Below, in pieces: positions 17,059-25,839 of a DNA stretch of 25,839 nt. How positions within the stretch are numbered: the stretch's first letter is position 1; each line of letters starts with the position of its first letter. The position numbers and the translations under genes were made by a program. Source of the DNA: Candidatus Oleincola secundus (lineage in GTDB: Bacteria; Atribacterota; Phoenicimicrobiia; Phoenicimicrobiales; Stramentimicrobiaceae); contig JAGYLS010000019.1 of the NCBI GenBank assembly GCA_018400815.1, positions 1 through 25,839 on the forward strand. The letters run 5' to 3'. The notes beneath the pieces are model-generated. The model was not told the origin of the DNA. It did not search any database and saw only the letters and a program-made list of their open reading frames with translations.

Positions 17059-18306
17059 ATGAAAGTTCTGGTCTTTGGTGGATCAGGCAAAATGGGTTCT
17101 ACCGTTGCCTGGGATTTAGCTAATAACAGTAATGTTGGTCAGGTTGGAATTATTGGCATAGCCGGTCGAAAAGAAGATTCCTTAGAATATGTAAAAAAGT
17201 GGATTAACAGCAAGAAAATTGTTTCCCATGTTATGGACATTAACCAACGGGAAGAAACACAAAAGATAATGAGACAGTATGATGTAGGCGCAATTGCCCT
17301 TCCCGATCGAAAATCCAGTTATAAGGTTGTAGAAATGGCCATTGAAGTAGGCCTTGATATTGTTGATATCCTTGAAGAATATCATCGCAAACCAGATGCT
17401 TACGAAATTGAAGGGCTAAAAATTCCTTCCGGGATGAAACTTGAGGAATATGGTGAATATCTGCATCAACAAGCTATTGATAAAGGAGTTACTTTTGTAG
17501 ACGGAATTGGTTTTGCCCCGGGAATTACTAATTTTACACTGGGAGAAGGCATTAGAAAAATGGATCAGGCTGAATCTGCTATTGCCCGCTGTGGTGGAAT
17601 TCCCTCTCAGGAATGTAATAAAAAACATCCTTTAAGGTATATGATAACCTGGGCTTTCGACCATGTACTGCGGGAATATATGATAAAAGTCAATATACGT
17701 AAAGATGGCAAAATAATTGAAACAAATGCTATGAGCGAACTGGAAAAATTTAAATTTAATCAACTTGGTGTTAATGAAGAATTAGAATGTGCTATTACTC
17801 CTGGTATGCCCAGTTTCCTATATACCCGGCCAAATGTACGAGAATGTTTAGAGAAAACTATTCGTTGGCCTGGCCACTGGGAAGGAATTGAAGTCTTGAA
17901 AGATTGTGGCATGCTTAGTACTGAGCCGATTGAATTTAAAGGATGCATGATTTCTCCCCGAGAGTTTTTATGCCAGGTCATTACACCACAACTAAAACCT
18001 CAAAAGGGAGAAACAGATATTTGTGTTATGTGGAATAGTGTGACCGGTTTAAAGGATGGGAAAAAGACCAGAATCAATTATTATATGTGGGAAGGTGCAG
18101 ATACTCGAAACAATATTTCTGCAATGGGGCGAGTGACTGCCTTTACCGAATCTATCGCTGCAATGATGTTGGGCAATGGTGACATCAAGCAAAAAGGAAT
18201 TGTGGCACCAGAAGATGCTTTTTCCGGAGAAAATTACCAAAAAATAATTAAAGAGCTTAACAAAAGAGATATCAATATTCTGGAAATCGAAGAAGAATTA
18301 TCTTAA
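17059..18306 (+). CDS. Saccharopine dehydrogenase family protein, lysine 6-dehydrogenase-like
   Basis: Rossmann GGSGKMG, GFAPGITN, CGGIP, EKTIRWPGH; GGAGG RBS; lysine riboswitch upstream. Confidence 0.85.
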   Translation: MKVLVFGGSGKMGSTVAWDLANNSNVGQVGIIGIAGRKEDSLEYVKKWINSKKIVSHVMDINQREETQKIMRQYDVGAIALPDRKSSYKVVEMAIEVGLDIVDILEEYHRKPDAYEIEGLKIPSGMKLEEYGEYLHQQAIDKGVTFVDGIGFAPGITNFTLGEGIRKMDQAESAIARCGGIPSQECNKKHPLRYMITWAFDHVLREYMIKVNIRKDGKIIETNAMSELEKFKFNQLGVNEELECAITPGMPSFLYTRPNVRECLEKTIRWPGHWEGIEVLKDCGMLSTEPIEFKGCMISPREFLCQVITPQLKPQKGETDICVMWNSVTGLKDGKKTRINYYMWEGADTRNNISAMGRVTAFTESIAAMMLGNGDIKQKGIVAPEDAFSGENYQKIIKELNKRDINILEIEEELS

Positions 18307-18320
18307 TCTAATCATAAAAT

Positions 18321-19667
18321 CTAAGCTAGGGAGCCCATCGGATCCCATGGTTCTAATTTTATGGGGGTTTTTTCTAAGGCAGCTAAATACTCCTGAGAAA
18401 GATATTTTTTATTCACAACTACCTGGTACATAAATTGATCAAACCATTTATCGCTCATTACAAAAAATCCATCTTTACCATTTTCTTTCCCCCAACTATT
18501 TTCTACCTTCCATCTATTCGGGCCATTCTCTAAAATATTTACTCCTGTAAAAACCATGGCATGGGTAAGAGAACTATCTCCATAATTTACTCTATCCGCC
18601 TTGGTTAAATTGAAAGCAGTATTTAATACTTCTTCGTAATTATAAATGCTTGAATCCATAATCCCTGACTTTCTTTCTAACATTTGACCTACATCACAGC
18701 CAAACCAGACTGTTTCTCCGTTTTTTAATTGGGATATGGTTAATTTTTTTAATTCGTCAATTTTAAGGTTCAGATACAGTACTTCTCTGCCTTCTTTTAC
18801 ATTTCCCAGATATTTTACAGTGTAGGTTTTGCCAAAAGGTTTATCCTTAGTAGGACAATTAATGATACTTATATAGTCCTCAACCTGCACAGAAGAGTAT
18901 TTCTTATAAAATCCCAAAGGGGTAAGATTCCTATCCCGGTAAAAGTTATTTTTCTTATCTCTATATTCAAAATCAAAAACTTTTGGTGGTTCTCCAAAAA
19001 AATGACAAAGAAGAGCATAAAATTCTTTAATCATCCCTTCTTTTCTATCCCTTAAATCTCTTTCTTCCTTCTCTTTTAATTCTTCTCGCAGCACTTTAGC
19101 ATATTCCCTTAGTTTCAAATTTAATATCTTATTCATCAAAGAAGAATCACTACTATGGTAAGATTCAGGCATAACATATTTTGGAATAATACCGTATTTC
19201 TCAACCAAATTCACAAACATATCCCATTGACCGCCATCTATCATGGCATTATTTAAAAGCCACATTACCAGACGACTATTAATTTTTTCTCTTCTTGTTT
19301 CAATGATAGATTCTAAAAAATAATTGGCTTTTTCTAATTTATCCCAAAACATTAGATAAGCCTGGGAAAGCTCAAATCCCTCCTTTTCGCCAATATTTAA
19401 ATTTAGTTTTTGGGCAATAGCATAGCGTATTTTATTTAAACCAGCAAACATCCAACATCTCCCGGACTTTTTCTGATTAGTGATCATCCCGGTTTTTATC
19501 TCTTCCGAAAAAGTATGCTGCATTTTAATAATTGAATCACGATTTAGAGCTATATTGTTAATCCCATTTTTAATAATTGCATCACTTATGATTTTACTTC
19601 TCAAGTTTTTAGAATAATCTTTGGAAAAATCACTTAATAATTTTTTAGAAATATCTTTATCTTTCAT
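18321..19667 (-). CDS. pepC: Aminopeptidase C / bleomycin hydrolase (peptidase C1B)
   Basis: QKKSGRCWMFA, HAM, VENSWG and C-terminal WDPMGSLA. Confidence 0.95.
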   Translation of the reverse strand: MKDKDISKKLLSDFSKDYSKNLRSKIISDAIIKNGINNIALNRDSIIKMQHTFSEEIKTGMITNQKKSGRCWMFAGLNKIRYAIAQKLNLNIGEKEGFELSQAYLMFWDKLEKANYFLESIIETRREKINSRLVMWLLNNAMIDGGQWDMFVNLVEKYGIIPKYVMPESYHSSDSSLMNKILNLKLREYAKVLREELKEKEERDLRDRKEGMIKEFYALLCHFFGEPPKVFDFEYRDKKNNFYRDRNLTPLGFYKKYSSVQVEDYISIINCPTKDKPFGKTYTVKYLGNVKEGREVLYLNLKIDELKKLTISQLKNGETVWFGCDVGQMLERKSGIMDSSIYNYEEVLNTAFNLTKADRVNYGDSSLTHAMVFTGVNILENGPNRWKVENSWGKENGKDGFFVMSDKWFDQFMYQVVVNKKYLSQEYLAALEKTPIKLEPWDPMGSLA

Positions 19668-19889
19668 TTAATTCCCTTCATTTAATTTAAAAATTAATAC
19701 ATAATAATTCTAAGTACTTTTATTATTATAACCTAAAATTAACTAAACATAAAAATTCTCTTTGCATATTTAAAATTATTTGGCATAAAGAAAAGGTGCT
19801 TTAACTATCCTGATTAATCGGATAATTATATGATCAGATGTTATTTTTTAATTATAAATTCACATTATCCTTTTTAATAACAATTGTTT

Positions 19890-20489
19890 TTATTCAAATC
19901 TCATTTTTTTATAATAATATACTCGGTCATCTTCGGTTATTTCCCGTAATACTTTACAGGGATTTCCGGCAGCAATTACATTATCCGGAATATCTTTTGT
20001 CACTACACTTCCTGAACCAATCACCGTATTATTTCCGATATTAATATTGGGATTTATTACTACATTCCCACTAATCCAGACATTATCTCCAATATTTATT
20101 GGAAGGGCAAATTCATATTGGGTATTTCTGATTTCATGATGCAGGGGATGTCCGGCAGTATAAATGCCAACATTGGGACCCAGCATAACATTATCCCCAA
20201 TTATCACCCTGGCACAATCCAGGATTATCAAATTGTAATTGGCATAAAAATTATCACCGATTTCAATATTATACCCATAATCACAGCGAAATGGTGGCTC
20301 TATAAAAAATGTCCCTTTTGTTTTACCAAAGAGCTTTCTTATTATTTCGTTTCTTTTGGCAATCTCTTCAGGATGGAGTGAGTTAAACTGAAAAATTAAC
20401 CCTTTGGCATATTGTCGTTCTTTCAGTAATTCTTCATCAAAAGCAAGATAGGGTTTCCCTGACAGCATCTTTTCTTTTTGCCTGTTCAT
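19890..20489 (-). CDS. maa: Maltose/galactoside O-acetyltransferase
   Basis: EKMLSGKPY Mac domain, IEPPFRCDYGYNI, hexapeptide repeats, AAGNPCKV. Confidence 0.92.
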   Translation of the reverse strand: MNRQKEKMLSGKPYLAFDEELLKERQYAKGLIFQFNSLHPEEIAKRNEIIRKLFGKTKGTFFIEPPFRCDYGYNIEIGDNFYANYNLIILDCARVIIGDNVMLGPNVGIYTAGHPLHHEIRNTQYEFALPINIGDNVWISGNVVINPNINIGNNTVIGSGSVVTKDIPDNVIAAGNPCKVLREITEDDRVYYYKKMRFE

Positions 20490-20546
20490 TTAAATTCACC
20501 TTCTTCAATTAACTATGGAATAACCTGTTCCCGGGCCTAACAAGGA

Positions 20547-21542
20547 CTATCTAAATATTTCAGTCATAGTTGCATCTACTGAAGTTACTTCATCAAAATA
20601 TACTTCAATATCTTTGACCCATGCCCGGAATCCGTCTTTAATTATGACAATTTCATAATTTCCACTTTTTACATCCTCAAGGACTGTGGGAGTTTCTGTA
20701 ATTGTTTTTTTATAAGTTCCGTTTAAAAATACTTTGGCATCTTTTTGGTCACAATAAATCGATATTGACCCATAATCAGGACGGTATTTCAATTCAGCAT
20801 ATACCCTTGCTGTTCTGGAAGGTGAAACCGATACCTCATCGACCCATTCTTCATAACCGGGTAAAGATATTTTAACTGTATATTTACCAGCAGAGATGTT
20901 CTGCAAATTAAGAGGTGTCAGCCCTTCATATTGATCGTTCAAATAAATATCTGCCCCATTGGGGTCAGAATTAATAGAAATTGAACCATAGGCCCTTTGT
21001 GTTTTTAAATCGACAGAAATTCTTTCAACTTGAGAGGATATTACGGTTATGTCCCTGCTCCATTCTTCATAGCCTGAAAGCATTATTCTAATACTATGCC
21101 TTCCAGTTGCAACATTTCTTATATTTAGAGGAGTATCTCCTTTATAAGCATTATCTAAAAAAACTCGGGCTCCTTGGGGATTAGAATTTACCGAAATTGA
21201 ACCATAATCCGGTTCTTCTTTTGGTACTAGATCAGTAGAAATCCTGATCATGAGAACGGGCAATATGATAACAGTACTAACCCACTCCTGATAACCGGGG
21301 AGAACTAATTTTATAGTATATTGACCGGTAGCAATATTCTTTATATCTAAGGGAGTTTCACCTTTATAATCATTATCTAAAAATACCCTTGCACCTTTCG
21401 GATCTGAGCTAATTGAAAGGGAGCCATTTTTTAATTGCTCGGCATAAGAAGAAATACACAAGACAAAAAATAAAAATGTTAGAGTAAGAATAACAAAAAA
21501 TAATCTTTTAGTATTTTTTCTGAAATAATGATTAATTTTCAT
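20547..21542 (-). CDS. Exported PEGA-domain protein (four PEGA repeats)
   Basis: Signal peptide; four GS(L/I)S(I/V)...A.(V/I)(F/Y)L(D/N) repeats, three with S.P.GA and G.TPL. ATG 21542 follows GGAGG. Confidence 0.9.
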   Translation of the reverse strand: MKINHYFRKNTKRLFFVILTLTFLFFVLCISSYAEQLKNGSLSISSDPKGARVFLDNDYKGETPLDIKNIATGQYTIKLVLPGYQEWVSTVIILPVLMIRISTDLVPKEEPDYGSISVNSNPQGARVFLDNAYKGDTPLNIRNVATGRHSIRIMLSGYEEWSRDITVISSQVERISVDLKTQRAYGSISINSDPNGADIYLNDQYEGLTPLNLQNISAGKYTVKISLPGYEEWVDEVSVSPSRTARVYAELKYRPDYGSISIYCDQKDAKVFLNGTYKKTITETPTVLEDVKSGNYEIVIIKDGFRAWVKDIEVYFDEVTSVDATMTEIFR

Positions 21543-21748
21543 TTTTATTACCTCCAAAATAATAATATTTTTACTAAATTACTTTAGTAAAAAATTATTT
21601 AATAAATTTTCTCCTTTCCTCTTTTGAAATTATTCTAACATATTTAATTAACTGATTTTATTCTTTTCTTAAATATCTTTTTTTCTTATTATTTGTTATT
21701 TCTCTTGATATTATTATACAACTAAGCAAGCTAAAATGAAAAGTAAAC

Positions 21749-21795
21749 ATCGCACCCGCAAAGCGGGTGGCTTTAAAAACCTCTAAAAGAGGTTT
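21749..21795. repeat. Dispersed hairpin repeat, copy 2 (IS200/IS605-end-like) with a second hairpin
   Basis: CACCCGC-AAA-GCGGGTG followed by AAACCTCT-AAA-AGAGGTTT. Confidence 0.65.
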
Positions 21796-22033
21796 AACTT
21801 TTTCCTGGTTACTTCTGGTTATGCTTTTTTCTTATCTTTAACTGAATATTTCCAAGCAAGATAACTCTTTGGATTTCAGGTTAAAAATGATCAGATGACT
21901 TATTTTGATATTTTCATGGTAAAATAAACAGATATCATCATAGCTAATATTTTATTATAATCTAAATCGGAATCTTAAACTTTTGACTCCTATAATATGT
22001 TATAGTAATATTTAAGATTAATGGGGGAAAGAT

Positions 22034-22870
22034 ATGTTAAAAGAATACTATATACTCAGCCGTCCGTTTAATGCCCTTTCAGGCTGTGTTGTCGTTATTT
22101 TAAGCGGTTACGTTGCCGGAGCAACCGCATGGTGGCCGGTTATTATGGCTGCAATAACAGTATTATTAATTACATCATCCACCAATGCCTGGAATGACTA
22201 TATCGATATTGAAATCGATAAGATAAATAAGCCGGACCGACCACTACCCGCCGGTCTAATCAGCCCACGCGGAGCTTTGACTTTTGCTATTGTTGGCTCA
22301 ATCCTTTCATTGATAACTGCAATTTTTGTTAGTCAAACCGGTTTTTTAATCGCTCTTGGTGCTAATATTCTTCTTTATATCTATTCCTGGAAATTGAAGT
22401 GTACAGTCCTGCTGGGTAATGCAACTGTAGCTACTATTGTTGCCCTTTGCTTTATTTTCGGCGGTGTTGCAGCCGGCAATGTTCAGCCTACCGTTATGCT
22501 TGCCATTTCAGCGTTTTTTGCCATGATAGGAAGAGAAATTCTTTTAACAATGGCTGATTACAAGGGTGATTTGCAGCAAGGCTGTAACACAATATCTACG
22601 GTTTGGGGTAAAAAAGTTGCTGGAATTTTTGTAGTAATTTTTTTAGGAATTTCTGCTGCAACGATGATCCTCACTTACTTTACCAATCAGTACAATCCTG
22701 TCTATCTATATCTGGTAATCTTCATAATGTGCCCCATTTTTGCCTACATTGCCTTAAACGCAAAGAAAAATGCCGATATCAAGATATTAGAACAAAGCAG
22801 CATATTAATGAAATGCAGTTATTTTGTCTGGTTTTTGGCTATAGCATTAGGCTCTGGATTGATGGCTTGA
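22034..22870 (+). CDS. UbiA-family prenyltransferase, DGGGP-synthase-like
   Basis: RP.N, NDYIDIEIDKINKPDRPLPAG, YSWKLK...GN, REI...DYKGD; multiple TM segments. Confidence 0.85.
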   Translation: MLKEYYILSRPFNALSGCVVVILSGYVAGATAWWPVIMAAITVLLITSSTNAWNDYIDIEIDKINKPDRPLPAGLISPRGALTFAIVGSILSLITAIFVSQTGFLIALGANILLYIYSWKLKCTVLLGNATVATIVALCFIFGGVAAGNVQPTVMLAISAFFAMIGREILLTMADYKGDLQQGCNTISTVWGKKVAGIFVVIFLGISAATMILTYFTNQYNPVYLYLVIFIMCPIFAYIALNAKKNADIKILEQSSILMKCSYFVWFLAIALGSGLMA

Positions 22871-22931
22871 AAATTAATAGGATAAAATTCAGCATTGTTA
22901 ATTGTTATATTCTTTTAATATAGTTACTACT

Positions 22932-23714
22932 TCAGGTAAGCAATTCCAAATAGTAAATAATCATTGTCGAAGCAATGGGAACGGTAAGATCATCCAATAC
23001 TGACGGAGAAAACAGCTCGACCAAAGTTCCCGTTAAACTCGTAATCATTGAATAGACAAAGACCAGTTCAAGTGTTAAAATCTTTTGATTAATGGGATTA
23101 CTTAATCCATAAAAATAAAATGCTGAGAAGCATAATATAAATGCAGAAATAAAAAAAGTTAATGAACCCTCGAGCGTCCGCTGAGAACCTGTATAAGCAA
23201 GAGCCAATTTAATCTTACCATACTTTTTGCCAATTAATGATGCCAATGTATCACTGATAATCATAATCAAAATTCCGCAGATAGGAAAATAAAACTTATC
23301 AGGTGCAAAAACAGCAAAAATGGTAATTAACACCGTTATTGAGATACTATAGTGAAACGGTCCTTGTAAACGACCAATGATTTCTTCAGCTTCTTCACCG
23401 ATTGATTCATATAACTCCTTCAGCTGTCTGACAGAACTATCCCGGGAGCTAAAATAGACAACGATAGTCATGCTCAAAGAAATAAAAACTGCATGTAGTG
23501 GCAAGATAAAAAAAGGAACAATCAATATTACCAGACCTGTACATAGATGGACTATCTTTCGGGCAATGAATTTAGAAACCATATTTTTCTTCTTTAGATA
23601 AACAGGTACTATGATAGTGACAAACATGTAACCATAGGCAATTCCAATGAGGACTAAATCGGAAAGAAAATCAGCCTTTGTGTAGCTTTTAATTATTTCG
23701 ATGAGTGTGCTCAT
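22932..23714 (-). CDS. CTP-dependent polyprenol (phytol/dolichol) kinase family membrane protein
   Basis: RKIVH, DTLASLIGKKYGK, RTLEGS and DDLTVP motifs. Confidence 0.85.
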   Translation of the reverse strand: MSTLIEIIKSYTKADFLSDLVLIGIAYGYMFVTIIVPVYLKKKNMVSKFIARKIVHLCTGLVILIVPFFILPLHAVFISLSMTIVVYFSSRDSSVRQLKELYESIGEEAEEIIGRLQGPFHYSISITVLITIFAVFAPDKFYFPICGILIMIISDTLASLIGKKYGKIKLALAYTGSQRTLEGSLTFFISAFILCFSAFYFYGLSNPINQKILTLELVFVYSMITSLTGTLVELFSPSVLDDLTVPIASTMIIYYLELLT

Positions 23715-23795
23715 GAGTATATCTATTTATCTTTCTTAAGTGAGAAAACCCACTAATAATGTGGCATAGCAATAATGTCGTTGCCAAACATTTAT

Positions 23796-23824
23796 AGTAT
23801 ATTTATTATGACATTGGGTGTCAA
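23796..23824 (-). promoter_or_regulatory. Sigma70-type promoter of the kinase gene
   Basis: TTGACA, 17 bp, TATACT. Confidence 0.7.
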
Positions 23825-23834
23825 GCCAAACTTT

Positions 23835-23864
23835 AAAAGCCCCTCAGTGAGATACTGAAGGGCT
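23835..23864 (-). terminator. Terminator after the OmpA-family gene
   Basis: AGCCCCTCAGT / ACTGAAGGGCT hairpin followed by U residues on the minus strand. Confidence 0.65.
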
Positions 23865-23901
23865 ATAAGTTAAAATTTTTAATTATAGGATTAGTGGTAA
23901 T

Positions 23902-24759
23902 TTACATTTTTACCAGTTCCACCCGGCGATTTTTAGCCCTGCCTTCCTCAGTATCATTAGAGGAAACAGGCTGGGATTCACCGTAACCTTTAGCCAGAAG
24001 TCTTTCTGGAGTAATGCCAAATAGTTGCAGGTATTGGAATACGGTATTTGCCCGCTTCTCTGATAAGCTTAAATTGTATTCTGCTTCTCCTACATTATCC
24101 GTATGTCCCTGGATTTCAACTTTTAAATCTGGATTTTGTATCAGCAAGGTCACAATATGCTGGAGCTGTTTATCGGAATCCTGTTTTAAGGTAGCCTGAT
24201 CATAATCAAATAGGATATCATAGAGTATTACCCTGCCATCTTTATCCAGGGCTTCTTTTAGCTCAACAGGACCAAAGGTTAAGGATTTTTGAAATCCTTC
24301 TTCATCAATGATAACCAATTCCTGTTGCCCTAAGCCGGCATTCCCACTTACCCGGCACCAGGTAGTCCCTCCATCATCTCTGGGTATAGTCAGAACCATC
24401 TGACCTACATCTTCAAAGACTACCTTGCCTCCCATCTCCAGAGCAGCAGCTTTGTAATTTTCAAAAAACTCTAATTTGGATATATCCTGAACTCTTTCTC
24501 CGGAAGAGGTACGCACTTCATATAACAGTTGCCATTTTTTACCCTTAACCAGTACCTCTTCTCTCTTTTGAGTTTCTTCATTTATGGCATAAAATTTATA
24601 AGAATCAAAGTTAGCATATTTGGACATATTCTCAGCTAATACTGATCCAGGGAAGGGTCGGATAAAGGAATGCTCTGGTATATCGGCAGCGTGGACAGGC
24701 ACTATTACCAATAAAAGAAAAAGGGTAGTAAAAAATACTAATAACTTAAAATTAGACAT
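23902..24759 (-). CDS. OmpA-family peptidoglycan-binding exported protein
   Basis: Signal peptide (VHA), GHTD, N..LSEKRA, GYGESQP, NRRVE. Confidence 0.92.
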   Translation of the reverse strand: MSNFKLLVFFTTLFLLLVIVPVHAADIPEHSFIRPFPGSVLAENMSKYANFDSYKFYAINEETQKREEVLVKGKKWQLLYEVRTSSGERVQDISKLEFFENYKAAALEMGGKVVFEDVGQMVLTIPRDDGGTTWCRVSGNAGLGQQELVIIDEEGFQKSLTFGPVELKEALDKDGRVILYDILFDYDQATLKQDSDKQLQHIVTLLIQNPDLKVEIQGHTDNVGEAEYNLSLSEKRANTVFQYLQLFGITPERLLAKGYGESQPVSSNDTEEGRAKNRRVELVKM

Positions 24760-25510
24760 CGTTTACCTCCAGTTTTTTATTTAAAATAAAGGAAGATAAT
24801 AATATAATAAAATATTTTACAATCTTGGCATAATAGAATAACATCCATCTTCATTATTAAGTTGGATACTTCTTATTATTCTACAATCTTTTCATATTTA
24901 GACTGTACTATTTAGCTGTTTTTATATTAAAGAAGTTTGACAAAGCGATTGTTTTGTATTCTAATCGATAAATTATTTTTATTAGCTTCATTAGCTTATA
25001 TCGATAGTATATTATATTTTATTAAAAAAGTCCTTCTTTTTTTACAAAAAAATAAACACAAGCTCATCAGCTGGATGCTGAAGGGCTGGGATTGGTAGGC
25101 TTTCAGGCGGAATGTTTTTGCAATTCCGGTTTGAAGATAAAATGGACAAAATACATCGAAAGATAGACAAAATAATTCGTACATATCCATTATATTGAGA
25201 AATTTAATATTAAAATATCATCGTATAGCATAGAGCATATAGGCACTTTTAGTAATAAATAAATTATAGTAGAAAGATATGTGGCTGAGATATGATATAA
25301 TAAAGCATGATTAAATATTTAATTATTATCTTAATCAGTTTAATAGTCATCTCGTTTATCATAGGATTTTACTTACTATTCCCAAGGTATTAGGTTGCAG
25401 TTAAAGTTGATGCATATGAGATACATTTGAATTATATACACTAGCTATGAGCTAAAATATTTTTTTCTGTTCAGTACCTTTTTGTTTATTATAAAAAAGG
25501 AGGATTTAAA

Positions 25511-25839
25511 ATGAAAATTTTAGCCTGTACGGATAGCTCGGAACACAGTCAAAAAGCTCTGGAAAAAACTGCCCTACTCGCTGAGGGCAATAAGAACATT
25601 GATGAAGTAGCTATCATTTATGTTTATGACCACAGATATGATGCATACTTGCCTTATGCAGCAGAGGGAAGTTTCTCGACTAAAGAAATGGAAAACTATC
25701 AAACGATGGTAGAAAAACATAAAGAAGAAATGAAAAAGATGCTCTCAAATGCCTTATTATTTTTTAAAGAAAAGAATATAAAGGCACGTATCATCTACAA
25801 GGAAGGACATCCCGCTCATAATATCGTAAAGGTAGCCCG
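25511..25839 (+). CDS. Universal stress protein (partial, runs off the window)
   Basis: Not in the ORF track. AGGAGG RBS, then MKILACTDSSEHSQKALEK...EGHPAHNIVKVA. Confidence 0.88.
   Translation, partial: MKILACTDSSEHSQKALEKTALLAEGNKNIDEVAIIYVYDHRYDAYLPYAAEGSFSTKEMENYQTMVEKHKEEMKKMLSNALLFFKEKNIKARIIYKEGHPAHNIVKVA

Noticed and set aside
643..24199. Short opposite-strand ORFs in the track (e.g. 643-852, 1972-2196, 2200-2490, 6952-7417, 17182-18240, 20118-20381)
   Set aside because: Antisense shadows of well-supported genes with no recognisable motifs.
24996..25190. 64-aa minus-strand ORF
   Set aside because: No RBS or recognisable domain; Phe/Cys-rich composition typical of spurious ORFs.

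Overview
AT-rich bacterial chromosomal window from a diderm-like organism (Wza, Wzi, OmpA and PEGA proteins; Atribacterota is only a guess). Left half (1-15.3 kb, all minus strand): a capsule/exopolysaccharide locus (ugd; cpsB-like phosphatase, wzi, wza, chain-length protein, split BY-kinase). It is interleaved with small accessory modules: PIN/RHH, DUF6922/AbiEii and MNT/HEPN toxin-antitoxin pairs, a probable antitoxin remnant and a four-helix-bundle gene. The spacers between these are mosaics of 7-mer and 8-mer tandem repeats and REP-like palindromes, some expanded into polar arrays. One composite array sits in frame inside ugd (about 91 aa). Right half: ferritin-like protein, frameshifted ndk, a lysine riboswitch whose expression platform looks like an ON switch ahead of a lysine-6-dehydrogenase/saccharopine-dehydrogenase-family gene, pepC, maa, a PEGA protein, a DGGGP-synthase-like UbiA gene convergent with a polyprenol kinase, an OmpA protein and a partial universal stress protein. 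All calls come from reading motifs by eye; no searches were run.
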